64,000 bases of DNA from Squalus acanthias (GCA_030390025.1 CM059431.1:109742001-109806000); one strand, 5' to 3'. Counted from the stretch's first letter, positions 26,101 to 39,379 are shown. Program-made: numbers and translations. Notes: generated by a model from the letters alone, not told the origin.

Positions 26101-26567
26101 AAAAAAGAAAGACTTGCATTTCTATAGCACCTTTCACAACTTCAAGAGGTCCCAAAGCGCTTTACAGCCAATGAAGTACTTTTTGGAAGTGTTGTCACTG
26201 TTGTAATGTAGGAAATGCGGCAGCCAATTTGCACACAGCAAGATCCCACAAACAGCAATGTGATAATGACCAGATAATCTGTTTTTGTTATGTGATGTTG
26301 GTTGAGGGATAAATATTGGCCAGGACACTGGAGATAACTCCCCTGCTCTTCTTCGAAATAAGGCTTCGGGATCTTTTACGTCCACCTGAGAGAGCAGACG
26401 GGGCCTCAGTTTAATGTCTTATTCAAAAGGCGGCACCTCCGACAGTGCAGCATTCCTCAGCACTGTACTGGAGTGACAGCCAAGATTTTTGTGCTCATGT
26501 CTTTGGAGTGGGACTTGAACCCACAACCTTCTGACTCAGAGGAGGTAGTGCTAGCGCTGAGCCACGG
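26101..26567 (-). mobile_element. DeuSINE
   Basis: Reverse-complement family match. Confidence 0.87.
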
Positions 26568-26750
26568 TTAGGCTTTGTACAGTGAAGGCACAGAGTTGCT
26601 GCAAACGCTGTACTCAAAAGGATGCACTCCAAGGCTCATGGATGCAGCAGTCGAGGTAATGCTACATTGAGTGAGTCAAAAAAAAGGACGATTTTGTTAG
26701 CAATCTATGGAATCCTCCCCAGAGGAGACATATTCAAAATGCCTGATTGT

Positions 26751-27170
26751 AAAAAAGAAAGACTTGCATTTTTATACAGCGCCTTTCACGGCCACCGGAC
26801 GTCTCAAAGCACTTTACAGCCAATGAAGTACTACTTGAAGTGTAGTCACTGTTGTAGTGTAGGAAACGCAGCAGCCAATTTGCACACAGCAAGCTCCCAC
26901 AAACAGCAATGTGATAATGACCAGATCATCTGTTTTTGTTATGTTGGTTGGGGGGAAAATATTGGTCAGGACACCGGGGATAACTCCCCCTGCTCTTCAA
27001 AAATAGTGCCATGGGATCTTTTTCATCCACTTGAGAGAGCAGATGGGGCCTCAGTTTAACGTATCATCCCAAAGACGCAACCTCTGACAGTGCAGCACTC
27101 CCTCAGTACTTAAACCCACAACCTTCTGACTCAGAGGCGAGAGTGCTACCCACTGAGCCACAGCTGACAC
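26751..27170 (-). mobile_element. DeuSINE with internal deletion
   Basis: Reverse-complement family match. Confidence 0.85.
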
Positions 27171-27649
27171 TTGAGGTGGGCCATCAAGAGGTCAAATGCT
27201 GCGTCCAACGTCTGGAGCACATTCATCAAAATGAGAAAGAAGATGGCAGATCTGGGGAAAGCCGCCAAAGTGAAGTTGGCCAACAGTTTCTTTTACTGTG
27301 TCTCAGGGAGCTGAGGCACTTTAATAGGAATCTGGCCAGTCTAACACATATTCAGATGAGTGCGACTGATAAACAAATTTTATTTGCCACTGAAATAATT
27401 GTATCCAGTTGGTCACACCATCAAAACCATCCACAAAGACTGATGGAAAATAGACATTTTCACAACAAACTAAAATTCACAGATATTTAACATTACCTAA
27501 AAATGATTTCCATGTTTAGAGAGACAAAATATAATGGTCTGAACAAAATTAACACAAATTATAATACTTTCCAAAGACAATAAATAAAATGGGTCTTACC
27601 TATGTAAACCCAACAAAAAGACTGATGTATCAGACTAGAGGGTGGATTT

Positions 27650-27808
27650 AGAATCATAGAATGGTTACAGCACAGAAGGAGGCTATTCAGCTCGTCGAGC
27701 CCGTGCCGGCTCTCTCTGCAAGAGCACTTCAGCTAGTCCCACTCCCCCGCCCTTTCCCCGTAGCCCTGCAAATTTTTTTCCTTCAGGTACTTATCCAATT
27801 CCCTTTTA
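27650..27808 (-). mobile_element. CR1 3' end fragment
   Basis: TAGAATCATAGAATGGTTACAGCACAG tail; matches 41422-41590. Confidence 0.8.
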
Positions 27809-28599
27809 TAGGAAGAAAATAAATGCTCCACTTTATGTACCGTGTCTGAATGGAAGATTTTGTCTATAGTCCATTCCTGCTTACTTGTTCTGATGGTACA
27901 ATTCTTCCAGGAGTTTGATCTTTTAAGTTAACCCTAACTCTGCTGTTCTTGCTTTTGCATTCAAGTGAACATCAATATATGTGAATGAGAAATTCAACTA
28001 TCTCAATCACTCAGAACACATCACAAATTAAACAAGCCATTTCTTTTCCTCTTTCTATAGAATTTCAAATGCAAGGTTTCACTTGTCACATTGACAGATA
28101 TCCCAAGTGTCCATGCCACAAAATGTTCACACTTTCACTGCTACCCCATGCAAAGTACTCAGACAACCTTACAGTTCTTTGAATGCTTACCACGCATCCA
28201 TGCACAGCCATATTACAGCAGGGTGCACATTCAAGCTGTATCTCTTGCTATATTGACATCTTAAAAAGGGCTACACACCAAAACCCTTCTAACAAAACCC
28301 AGCCACATGATGCATCTTTACTGATTTATAAACACAGTGCAAGATGGTCACTTGGGTGCCACTCTATGTGTTCTTGAAACTCCCAACTTCTCAACATTAC
28401 TTTCTGCTGGACAAGATGGCTCATAATAGGAGGAAGCAGACTCACGTGGAAGGACGGCCCGTGACTACATTCAAATAGGTCCTAAGGGACATTATTGATG
28501 TTGAGAGCACTGTAGTGGAGGAGGATGGAGTCAGAGACAAAGCTCGGCGCCAGAAGGAATAAAGACAAAAAAATACCCTACTATCTTTACCAACCCGTG

Positions 28600-29008
28600 G
28601 GTCCCACTCCAGGGATTTGAGCAGACAAATCTAGGCTGACACTCCAGTGCAGTACTGAAGGAGTTCTGCACTGTCGGAGGTGCCGTCTTTCGGATGAGAC
28701 GTTAAAGCAAGGCCCCGTCTGCTCTCCCAGGTGGACGTAAAAGATCCCTTGGCACTATTTCGAAGAAGAGCAGGGGAGTTATCCCCGGTGTCCTGGCCAA
28801 TATTTATCCCCAACCAACATCACTAAAACAGATTATCTGGTCATTATCACAGTGCTGTTTGTGGGAGCTTGCTGTGCGCAAATTGGCTGCCGCGTTTCCC
28901 ACATTACAACAGTGACTATACTCCAAAAAGTACTTCATTGGCTGTAAAGCGCTTTGGGATGCCCGGTGGTCGTGAAAGGCGCTATATAAATGCAAGTGTT
29001 TCTTTCTT
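28600..29008 (+). mobile_element. DeuSINE, head truncated
   Basis: Family match. Confidence 0.87.
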
Positions 29009-29698
29009 TAACTGAGCCAATAGGGCGTTCTAAACAATTTAATCTCATTGTCAAAGTGATGTTAAGAGGAAATGGGCCCTAAATGACTCTTAAGCATTTA
29101 GGAAAGATGCCAATGTCAACAACAACCCCCCAAAATTGCACAACCAGACATGTATTAAAGAATTGTGGCAAATGACTTTTCAGCCCGTCTATTAAGGTAA
29201 TTTATTTTTTTAAACTTTCTATTGACAACTTATTTGATTTCCACTTGGCTTTGAGAAACTTGCCCAAGTTTCAGGCATGTATCAGATAACTTGTGTCTCT
29301 TCCCTCATGTTATAAGAAAAGCTGTATATGTGCAAGGTTGAAACAAGGAATCACCTCTATTTCTGCACCATTTCAGTCAAAATGTATGGTATTTGTAATA
29401 ACAAGGAACTTCTATCTCCTCATCTTTTAGGTCAATATATGTAGTGCAGATTGTACTGGAAAGCCACCCTTGTCACTGGCCAGTTATATTCCAAAAGTAC
29501 AGTGCGTTCTGTATGGAAAAATCGACCATAATTAAGTTCAAAATGTATATTGTACTAGTTAGGGTCATCTCAATAACTGAACTAACAAGTAGTTACTGAA
29601 CAAAAAGAAAATACCGCAGATGCTGGAAATCTGAAATAAAAACAGAAAATGCTGGAGATACTCAGCAGGTCAGGCAGCATCTGTGAAGAGAGAAACAG

Positions 29699-29735
29699 AG
29701 TTAACGTTTCAAGTCGATGACCTTTCGTCAGAACT
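29699..29735 (-). ncRNA. Minimal type I hammerhead ribozyme motif, minus strand
   Basis: AGTT-CTGACGA-A-AGGTC-ATC-GACTT-GAAA-CG-TT-AACT; the single arm mismatch gives a G-U wobble in stem II. Confidence 0.75.
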
Positions 29736-29771
29736 GTTCTGACGAAAGGTCATCGACCTGAAACGTTAACT
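29736..29771 (+). ncRNA. Minimal type I hammerhead ribozyme motif (Penelope type)
   Basis: GTT-CTGACGA-A-AGGTC-ATC-GACCT-GAAA-CG-TT-AAC: catalytic core, 5-bp stem II, palindromic ACGT in place of stem III, short stem I. Confidence 0.75.
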
Positions 29772-30597
29772 CTGTTTCTCTCTTCACAGATGCTGCCTGA
29801 CCTGCTGAGTATCTCCAGCATTTTCTGTTTTTATATAAGTAGTTACTGAAACTTTAGCTTGGGAACTATTTGCAAGTCCCTTTCCAAAATTAGAACTTTT
29901 TCAGATTTTGTGAGATGCAGTCTATATGAAACTGCCCTAAAGATGTTGTGATCAATTACGTTCCCTGTGATCTAATGCTGCAGGAATCAGATGACATTTT
30001 CTCACCTAAATTACATTACACAAATTCAAACAGCGATCAAACATCAGTTTCATGCATCAGAGGGGTACAGGAATCAGCATATATTCAGCATTACTCAGGA
30101 TGACCCACATAACTTGTCCTTTTATAACGTTCAGTGTTGTAATGGAGTGTGGTTAATTGAACATGGGCAGTTTATATAGTTGTCTCTTGTGATAACTTCA
30201 TGTTGTCATAATTACATTATAATCACAATATTAAAAAGGGCTATTTGTGAAGAAAGCATTCCAGACAGTTGCTTTTAAATTAGATTACACAGTGGAGATA
30301 TTCAAAGAGCTATTTAGTGGAAAATGCACATGACCTTAGTAAGGACATCAAATACGATGGAGTTGATTTATGATTAGATAGCAAAGTGTCACATGTCTAA
30401 AGAGCAAAATAAACGTCTTTGAAAATTACATTTGTACATTTGTAATCAAGTAACAAGTAGCTCAACCAGAAAAAACCAGAGCCGCAGCTTCCAGACATTT
30501 TAAATGCCACAGCTTAACATACTTGGCGAGGTTGTGCATTTTTGAACCATAAATTAAAGTTATGACGTAAATGCAAGATCTTGCTGATTACATCTAA

Positions 30598-30733
30598 AAA
30601 GCAAAATAAAACGGCAAAGACTGGAAATCTAAAAAGAAAAATAGCAAACTCTGAAAATACACACCTGGCTAGTCAGCATCTGGAGAGAGACAAGACAGAT
30701 CGATAGTTTGGGTGGAACTCTATTTCAGAACTA
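30598..30733 (-). mobile_element. Old degenerate copy of the Penelope-derived tail
   Basis: CTGGAAATCTAAAAAGAAAATAGCAAACTCTG...CAGCATCTGGAGAGAGAC...TCAGAACT parallels the left arm at 29601-29734. Confidence 0.55.
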
Positions 30734-30794
30734 AAAATATGAAAGGTAAACACGCACATTAATAGAATCAGAAAGGAAAGAGACAGGGAGAGGA

Positions 30795-31155
30795 ATTTTT
30801 TTTTTATTCGTTTGTGGGATGTGGGCGTCGCTGGCAAGGCCACCATTTATTGCCCATCCCTAATTTGCCCTCGAGAAGGTGGTGGTGAGCCGCCTTCTTG
30901 AACCGCCGCAGTCTGTGTGGTGAAGATACTGCCACAGTGCTGTTAAGGGAGGGAGTTCCAGGATTTTGACCCAGCGACAATGAAGGATCAGCGATAAACT
31001 TCTAAGTCAGGATGGTGTGTGACTTGCAGGGGAACTTAGAGGTGGTGGTGTTCCCATGCGCCTGCTGCCCTTGTCCTTCTAGGTGGAAGAGGTCGCGGGT
31101 TTGGGAGGTGCTGCCGAAGAAGCCTTGGCGAGTTGCTGCAGTGCATCCTGTAGAT
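30795..31155 (-). mobile_element. CR1-group (Zenon-like) LINE 3' fragment
   Basis: Closely matches 13715-14070. Confidence 0.85.
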
Positions 31156-31653
31156 GCTACAGATATAACAGATACTCCAATCACTCGTTCAGGAAGGGAG
31201 GCTCTGTGTATCTAAGAGTTCTATACCTGAGCTGGGTACCCAGAATGAAAAGTGTTTTGTTCTGTAGCACTAACATCCTTCACGCTGATGAACTTCAAAT
31301 TCACACCAAAATAAAAGTCGTAAAACGTATTCAAGGACTCTACAATGTAAACGTTTTTGAAATTTATTTTATTTGAAAATTAAACAAGAATATTAAAAAT
31401 GTCAGGAATGAGAAAAAGTCATTGGACCAATTGAAATTCTTCTCTGTAGTACATTGACACTCCTATTGTGACATATAATTTTGATCGACCCCAATGTTTT
31501 TGCTCTTAACTTGATCGGCAGCTAATTCCCAACACCTATCAAACTTTGATATTTCTTTTAAAATTGCCTTTCACCAATTTCCACTTACAGCCTCTTGACT
31601 TACTTTGAAGCAACAGAGATTATTGCTTTGAAGTTTACCATTTAATATTCTAC

Positions 31654-32877
31654 GGGGGAGAAATTCAGTATCGCCCCATTTGGGGCGCAATTATCGGCCG
31701 GGCGCAAAGTTTAGCGCCTGGCGCTAATTATCGCCTCCGACTGCAAACTTGGCTTCTATCGCCCCTGGAGGTGATTGAAGCGCTCTATCAGGTGCTACAC
31801 ACCTCTCTTAAGGCGCTACGGCCAAGGAGCGAGGCGCTACCTCAGAGCGCTGGCGAACCTAATGTGATGTCAGTCAGCAATGGAACACAGACACACTGGC
31901 GCCGGCCAGTTCTTAAAGGGGAGGGTCGATCTTGCTCTCCATCCACATCCTGCTCATTGCAGCCTTGAATCTCGGCCTGGAGAGACCTGTACATCAAATC
32001 TGCTGGAAAGAACAATGGAGAGGCCCAGGGAAAGAGCTCAGAGTGCAACCCCCAAAGTCTCTTCTAAATTGATGCAAGGAAGGTCAAATCAAAATGAACC
32101 TGCAAAGTGCTACTCAGTACCCAAAACTCCTTCACACAGCGTTGAATCTCTCCAGAAGTCTCTCTCTCTCTCTCAGAATGCGTGGTGCAAAAATGTCGCC
32201 GACAAAAAAAGGCAGGAAGCGGCCGCCTTTAAATAGCACTCCCCCAGTCCCTTCCCAACTGCAAAACGCTCCCCTCAACCTGTTGTTCCTAGCGGCAGGC
32301 GGTAAGGCAGGGGCGTCACTCAATATCCGGTCCGGGGCGTTGCACGCTCGACTGACATCACTGCAGGTCTCCCTCCCCTGATTAAAGGGGAGGGGCCTAG
32401 TGCAGCCCTGCTGGACCACCGGGGAGCGGGGTGCCGGCAAAAGAGCTCGGCACTCAAGACTCAAGAGGAGTGCCGTGCTGACCGATCGCGGCCGGCACCC
32501 CGCAGGAGGAGGCCAGAGGGGGCAGGTGCTGGCAGGCGGCCCCAAAAAAATGGCTGCCCGGCACCTGCCCTTTAATTATCACCGCCCCGGCCACAAAAAC
32601 GCCCCCCTGACCCTGTCGGACATAACGTCCGGCGGTAGGTCAGGGGGCGCGAGCTAAGTTTGCGGCCGGGGTGTGAGTGGGGCGCTGTGCACGGCGGTGA
32701 CGTCATTGCTGTAGGCGCAGCGCCGTGGGACGCTATCGGCTACCGCCGCTGCTAATCTCCCGCTGAATTTCGTGGGAGGCGTTAGCAGCGTCACGCCCGG
32801 GCATTAATTGCTTTGTGCCACATTAGCACCCCCTCTGGGCGCTAACGGGAGGCGCAAAGCAACCAAATTTTTCCCCC
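31654..32877. mobile_element. PIF/Harbinger-type non-autonomous element
   Basis: TIRs GGGGGAGAAATT...AATTTTTCCCCC; flanks TAC/TAA; homologous to 58108-58906; CpG-rich. Confidence 0.8.
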
Positions 32878-33480
32878 TAAGCATAAATCCCATAAATAAA
32901 GAAGATCGCCTAATGACAGACAAGGGGAATGAAAGCCATTCAAACCTTGGATACTCCCGAGGTGACTTGCAAAGGGAATTGTTATTCATGCCGCGGAGTG
33001 TAAGGATAAGGAAACCCACAACCATAGAAACAGCTCCGTAATATAAATGAGCAGGTATCTGATGGCCTCCAATATAAATGCAGCACTAGACTATTTCTAT
33101 TCACAATATCAATAATATATTGAATATTGATAACAATTTATGAAAAGGAAAGGTCCCAGGACTGATTTTTGAAATTTATCACTGTTCACAGATGTCTAAT
33201 TAACATTAATAAGTACCCTCTGTTTTCTATTATCCAGCTAATAAATTTAAAACTTTTTCTATGATTCCACAAGCTTGTTCTTTAAGTCATAAATCTCCCG
33301 TGAGGCACCTTATTAAATACTTTCTGAAAGTAAGATGTGTAGTATCCACCATGTTCATTCTTAGTAATGACCTGCCTTTCATAAATTCACTTTGGTCTAG
33401 ATTTATTGCCTCGACTCCCACTAGATGTTCTCAAATTGCTTTTTTGTAATCAGATCATACACTTCCCCATTATTAATGGG

Positions 33481-33678
33481 AAATGCTGGAAACTCACAGC
33501 TGGTCAATCAACATCTGTAAAGAGAAAAGACATGTTAACATTTTGGGTCATTATCCTTCATCAGAACTGAAAACTTCTCTTAATGTTAACTTGTCCTTCC
33601 ATTTACAAATACTGACTGCGGATTTCCAACATCTCCAGTGTTGTTTTAGATTTCCGGCATTTGCAGTTTTTCTGCTTC
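33481..33678. mobile_element. Old degenerate palindromic Penelope-derived mini-element
   Basis: Left arm ATGCTGGAAACTCACAGC...GTTAAC...CCTTCATCAGAACT and right arm GTTAAC...GATTTCCGGCATTTGCAG. Confidence 0.6.
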
Positions 33679-34027
33679 CTTCATTATCTAACTCTGGGTA
33701 ACATGCTTTCTTTTAACAATTAGAATCCCACTTGCTGCTTTTCAGTTACTCTGGCTTTCCGACTGCATCCGAAGCATTTTCACAAGATTTGTGCCAATCC
33801 ACTCTCACTTCTAGCCTGCCCCTGTGTGCTGGTGCTTTATAAACCTACAAGTGCACCAGCTTTGTTTAATGACTATGAGGTAGACTTAAAATAAGGCCAG
33901 ACTTTGGGCGGACGTGGGGAGGAGCGCTTGGCTACCCGCTCAAAATCCCCAGGGAGATGCCCGAGCCCTTTTGAGGGCCAGGGCTCATTTCCAAAACCTT
34001 GGTGAGCTGCGAGCGCTGTCATGGGGA

Positions 34028-34403
34028 TAGGGTTGCCAACTCGGGTGGGACAAATTCCTGGAGGTCTCATGCCATGGCCTCCCACCTCCACGTTCCAGCC
34101 ATTGGTTGCCTGACACGCCAATCCTTGTGGCGCCCCGCCTTCCGACGGCCAATCAGAAAGCGAACAAACTCCTCACCACCCGATTGGATGATTCTTGACT
34201 GTGAGTCAAACAGCTTTTTTCCCCCCAGCTCCAATACTTTTTATAACTGAAAAAACAGAAGTATTGTCAGAAAATGGGGGAAAAAAACACTTTTTTTTAA
34301 TGCTCCTTTGATTTTTCTGCCAGGTTGCTCGCAGCAGTGTCCTGGAGATTGCTCTTTAAATTCCTGGAATCTCCGGGACAATCCTGGAGGGTTGGCAACC
34401 CAA
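34028..34403. mobile_element. hAT-type MITE
   Basis: TIRs TAGGGTTGCCAAC...GTTGGCAACCCAA; 8-bp TSD CATGGGGA/TATGGGGA (1 mismatch). Confidence 0.82.
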
Positions 34404-34704
34404 TATGGGGAGCAGGAGTACCAGCTGCACCATCACAGAGCCGAGGTGGAAATCTTCTCCGAGAGAGAGAGAGAGAAGGTTGGGGGAGACAATCACGGGG
34501 GAGAGCGCGGGGACAGTCTGGCAACAGGCCGGAAGATTGCTGTGGGACCAGGAGGAACATTCCTACGCCTCCTGGCCCCACAAAAATCCTTAAAAAAAAA
34601 CAAAAGCATACCTTTTACTTAGCAGCCGGCAGTGGTCCCTTTAAGGACCTTTGGTTAGGCTGCGCAATGCCTGGTACCAACGGGCAAAGAGCCCACACCC
34701 TTCT

Positions 34705-37355
34705 AGCAAATAATATAAAAACAGACAGTTAGAGCTTCTACAGGTATATAAAAAGGAAGAGAGTAGCTAAAGTAAATGTTGGTCCCTTAGAGGATGAGAC
34801 TGGGGAATTAATAATGGGAAATAGAGAAATGGCAGAGACTCTAAACAATTATTTTGGATCAGTCTTCACGGTAGAAGACTGCTAAAAACATCCCAATAAT
34901 AATAGATAATCAAGGGGCTATAGGGAGGGAGGAACTTAAAACAATCTCTATCACTAGAGAAAAAGTATTAGGCAAACTAATGGGGCTAAAGACCGACAAG
35001 TCCCCTGGACCTGATGGCCTGCATCCTAGGGTCTTAAAAGAAGTGGCTGCAGAGATAATGGATGCGTTGGTTGTAATCTACCAAAATTCCCTGCATTCTG
35101 GAGAGGTCCCAGCGATTGGAAAACCGCAAATGTAACGCCACTATTCAAGAAAGGAGGGAGACAGAAAGCAGGAAACTATAGGCCAGTTAGCCTAACATCT
35201 GTCATTGGGAAAATGCTGGAATCCATTATTAAGGAGGACATTTAGAAAAACATAAGTCAATCAAGCAGAGTCAACATGGTTTTATGAAAGGGAAATCGTG
35301 TTTGACAAATTTACTCGAGTTCTTTGAGGATGTAACAAACAGGGTGGATAAAGGGAAGCAGTAGATGTAGTGTATTTGGAATTCCAGAAGGCATTCGATA
35401 AGGTGCCACATAAAAGATTACTGCACAAGATAAGAGCGCACAGGGTTGGGGGTGATATATTGGCATGGATAGGCGATTGGCTAACTAACAGAAAACAGAG
35501 AGTCGGGATAAATGGGTAATTTTCCGGTTGGCAACCAGTAACTAGTGGGGTGCCACAGGGATCAGTGCTGGGGGGCCTCAACTATTTACAATCTATGTTA
35601 ATGACTTGGATGAAGGGACCGAGTGTACTGTAGCCAAATTTGCTGATGATACAAAGATAGGTGGGTTAGCAAGATGTGAGGAGGACACAAAGAGCTGGAT
35701 TTTGTCTTGGGGTCGGGTTGGGGTCGTGTAATCCGCATTTCGTGTTTCCCCCCCGACTCCAGATTAATGTGGATGAATGATGCAATTTTCACTTAATTGG
35801 GCAATTGAGTTCCAGCATGTGGGAACCCATGAACCAATTAATGGTTTCAGTCTGAAAGTCGCCTCTGATGATGTCATCATTGCTGACTGCCTAGTCTCAG
35901 AGACTGTTGGTGAGAGAGGACCTGCCTGGCTTGCTTTTGATGTGAGTGGACCTGGATGCAAAATATGGGGGGGGGGGAGAGAGAGAGAGAGAGAGAGAGA
36001 GAATTTTTTTTGCATCCAAGTCCTCTCACAGCAAAGGCCAGGCAGTCTCTGAACACATTCAATGCAGCAGCGGCGACTTTCAGACCTAATACTACTACTA
36101 CCTTCATCACATCTCCATTGTAATAGTGGACCTGCAGCTGATAGTCAGCTGTCCACTTGTGCTCCCGCCAGGTTTCACTGGCGTGTTTCACACCAGGCGT
36201 ACTTCACGTCAGAAAAGGGTTAAACTAGCTAAAACGTTTCAAGATGGCATTACAGAGCCAATTTAGAGCTTGTTAAGGGCTTTAATGGCCTCTCCCACCT
36301 CTTGGAGGCGGGACGGAGTCGGGAACCCCGCGACTGATTTTGTCAAAATTGCGTGGAGGCGGGATGGAGTCGGGATGGGGTCGGAAACCCCGACCCCACA
36401 AATTTAACCCCCCACACGCCTCTAAACCCGACTCCATGGGTCATTCAAAATCCAGCCCAAAGAGTCTGCAAACGGATATAGATAGGTTAAGTGAGTGGGC
36501 AAAAATTTGGCAGATGGAGTATAATGTGGGAAAATGTGAGGTTATCCACTTTGGAAGGAAGAATGAAAAAGCAAATTATTATTTAAATGGAGTGAGACTA
36601 CAAAATGTTGCAGTACAAAGTGATCTGGGGATCCTAGTAAATGAAACACAAAAAGTTAGCATGCAGGTACAGCAAGTAATTAGGAAGGCAAATGGAATGT
36701 TGGCCTTTATTGCAAGGGGTATGGAGTATAAAAGTAGGGAAGTTTTGATACAACTTTACAGGGCGCTGGTGAGACCGCACCTGGAGTACTGCGTACAGTT
36801 TTGGTCTCCATATTTAAGGAGGGATATACTTGCATTGGAGGCAGTGCAGAGAAGGTTCACTAGGTTGATTCCTGGGATGAAGGGGTTGACGTATGATGAA
36901 AGGTTGAGCAGGTTGGGCCTATACTCATTGGAGTTTAGAAGAATGAGAGGTGATCTTATTGAAACATATAAGATTCTGAGGGGGATTGACAGGGTGGATG
37001 CTGAGAGAATGTTTCCCCTAGTGGGGGTATCTAGAACCAGGGGGCATAGTTTCAGAATAAGGGGTCGCACATTTAAGATGGAGATGAGGAGGAATTTCTT
37101 CTCTCAGAGGGTCGTGAATGTTTGCAATTCTCTACCCCAGAGAGCTGTGGAGGCGGAGTCATTAAATATATTCAAGGCGGAGATTGACAGACATTTGAAC
37201 TACAAGGGAGTCAAGGGGTATGGGGAGAGAGTGGGAAAGTGGTGTTGAGGCCAGGATTGGATCAGCCATGATCTTATTGAATGGCGGAGCAGGCTCGAGG
37301 GTCCGATTGGCCAACTCCTGCTCCTCTTTCTTATGTTCTCTTATGTTCTTATGTT
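34705..37355 (+). mobile_element. CR1/HER1 LINE ORF2 (RT) 3' portion interrupted by a MITE
   Basis: KSPGPDGLHPRVLK, GVPQGSVL, FADDTK RT motifs; continues after 36459 as SLQTDIDRLSEWA...[13 protein letters not shown]...; tail repeats at ~37330-37355. Confidence 0.92.
35692..36458. mobile_element. PIF/Harbinger-type MITE nested in CR1
   Basis: TIRs GAGCTGGATTTTG...CAAAATCCAGCCC; 3-bp TSD AAA; removing it restores the CR1 sequence GAGGACACAAAGAGTCTG. Confidence 0.87.
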
Positions 37356-38049
37356 CTGACTCAGAGACGAACATGCTACGAGCTGAGCAAAGCTGACACA
37401 AGCAGTTCGCTGGTACATCAACAATCCTATGCCAGGTTCCACATTTGCTGATCAAAATTCCAGAGCAGTGACATACCACTGAATTATATAACGCATAGCT
37501 GCATGACATCATGTCACAGGACTAGACTAGATTGCCTGGTGTTTTTTCATCTCCCAACATCAACCAAACCACAAAATTCTAACCAAAGCCCTCACTTATG
37601 CATGACACAGATGACAGCATGTTGGAAGATGACAGTGAAAATTGTTTATCATTTTCTGGAATGTTGTAACATTCTTTCCACTTCTTTCTCCCCTCCGCCC
37701 ACCCCCACCCCCCCATCTTTTCTTGGGTTTGGGGGCATCAGCAATGTCCGAGATGTTTGGAGTGCATTTACCAGCGGCTCTTCAAAGGAATGTTAATACG
37801 CAGGGCGCTTGGAGCTATAGTTAGAACATGAACAGTCTCACAGTGAAATCTGCTTTTCTGTCTCAGTCACTGCTCGTTGTGCTCCAGTCACGCCTGACTT
37901 GCAATGTTTTATTTAACATCTGGAAAGTCAATTGCAATCAGCGCAAATCTTTGTTCTTAAAAAGAAACAGCACTCTAAGTCGACTGCATTAGGAAAGTTA
38001 TACAAGACGGGTGCAGTTGATTTTGTTCTGTCCCTATATTACAAGATGT

Positions 38050-39205
38050 CATAGAAACATAGAAAACATAGAAAAATAGGAGCAGGAGTAGGCCATTCGG
38101 CCCTTCGAGCCTGCTCCGCCATTCAATATGATCATGGCTGATCCTCTATCTCAATACCATATTCCCGCTCTCTCCCCATACCCCTTGATGTCTTTTGTGT
38201 CTAGAAATCTATCTATTTCCTTCTTAAATATATTCAGTGACTTGGCCTCCACAGCCTTCTATGGTAGAGAATTCCACAGGTTCACCACCCTCTGAGTGAA
38301 GAAATTTCTCCTCATCTCAGTCCTAAATGTCCTACCCCATATCCTGAGACTGTGACCATTCGTTCTAGACCCCCCAGCCAGGGGAAACATCCTCCCTGCA
38401 TCCAGTCTGTCTAGCCCTGTCAGAATTTTATACGTTTCAATGAGATCCCCTCTCATTCTTCTAAACTCTAGTGAATACAGGCCTAGTCGACCCAATCTCT
38501 CCTCATATGACAGTCCTGCCATCCCAGGAATCAGTCTGGTGAGCCTTCGCTGCACTCCCTCTATGGCAAGTATATCCTTTCTTAGGTAAGGAGACCAAAA
38601 CTACACACAGTACTCCAGGTGTGGTCTCACCAAGGCCCTGTATAACTGTAGTAAGACATCCTTGCTCCTGTACTCAAATCCTCTTACAATGAAGGCCAAC
38701 ATACCATTTGCCTTCCTAACTGCCTGCTGCACCTGCATGTTTGCTTTCAGTGAATGGTGTACAAGGACACCCAGGTCCCTCTGTACATCAGCATTTCCCA
38801 ATCTATCACCGTTTAAATAATACTCTACCTTTCCGTTTTTCCTACTAACTTCACCTTTATCCACATTATACTGCATCTGCCATGTATTTGCCCATTCACT
38901 CAACTTGTCTAAATCGCCTTGAAGTCTCTTTGCATCCTCCTCACAACTCACAATCCCACCTAGTTTTGTGTCTTCAGCAAACTTGGAAATATTACATTTG
39001 GTTCCCTCATCCAAATCATTGATATATATTGTGAGTAGCTGGGGCCCAAGCACTGATCCCTGCGGTACCCCCACTAGTCACCGCTGCCACCCGGAAAAAG
39101 ACCCATTTATTCCTACTCTCTGTTTCCTGTCTGTTAACCAATTTTCAATCCATGCTAGTATATTACCCCCAATCCCATGTGCTTTAATTTTGCACACTAA
39201 CCTCT
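38050..39205 (-). mobile_element. CR1/HER1 LINE 3' fragment
   Basis: GVPQGSVLGP...FAEDTK...RPHLEYCV; CATAGAAA-type tail. Confidence 0.92.
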
Positions 39206-39379
39206 ATGTCATTGTGTTAACCATTCCAGCACACCACACAGGTCTGTTGAACACTGGTTACGTTTATAACTTACTTATACTTATTATATGGGATAAAAGA
39301 ATTCCTTGTGTCTATGAGATGGTTAATGTAATGATGGACTGTTGTAAAGGATGCCATTATAGTACAGGTACTGTTTTAA

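Larger units (their letters stand above)
29601..29836. mobile_element. Palindromic Penelope-derived mini-element
   Basis: 99-bp inverted arms 29636-29734 and 29736-29834 (one mismatch, 1-nt spacer); 14-bp TSD AAGTAGTTACTGAA (29587-29600, 29837-29850); arms homologous to the Penelope 3' end at 62042-62140. Confidence 0.9.

Noticed and set aside
29601..29836. Classical DNA-transposon MITE or pre-miRNA
   Set aside because: The 14-bp TSD, asymmetric ends and homology to a Penelope 3' end favour a retroelement origin
36340..37248. 302-aa ORF as a host gene
   Set aside because: Chance in-frame join of a MITE end to CR1 ORF2; no independent evidence of expression
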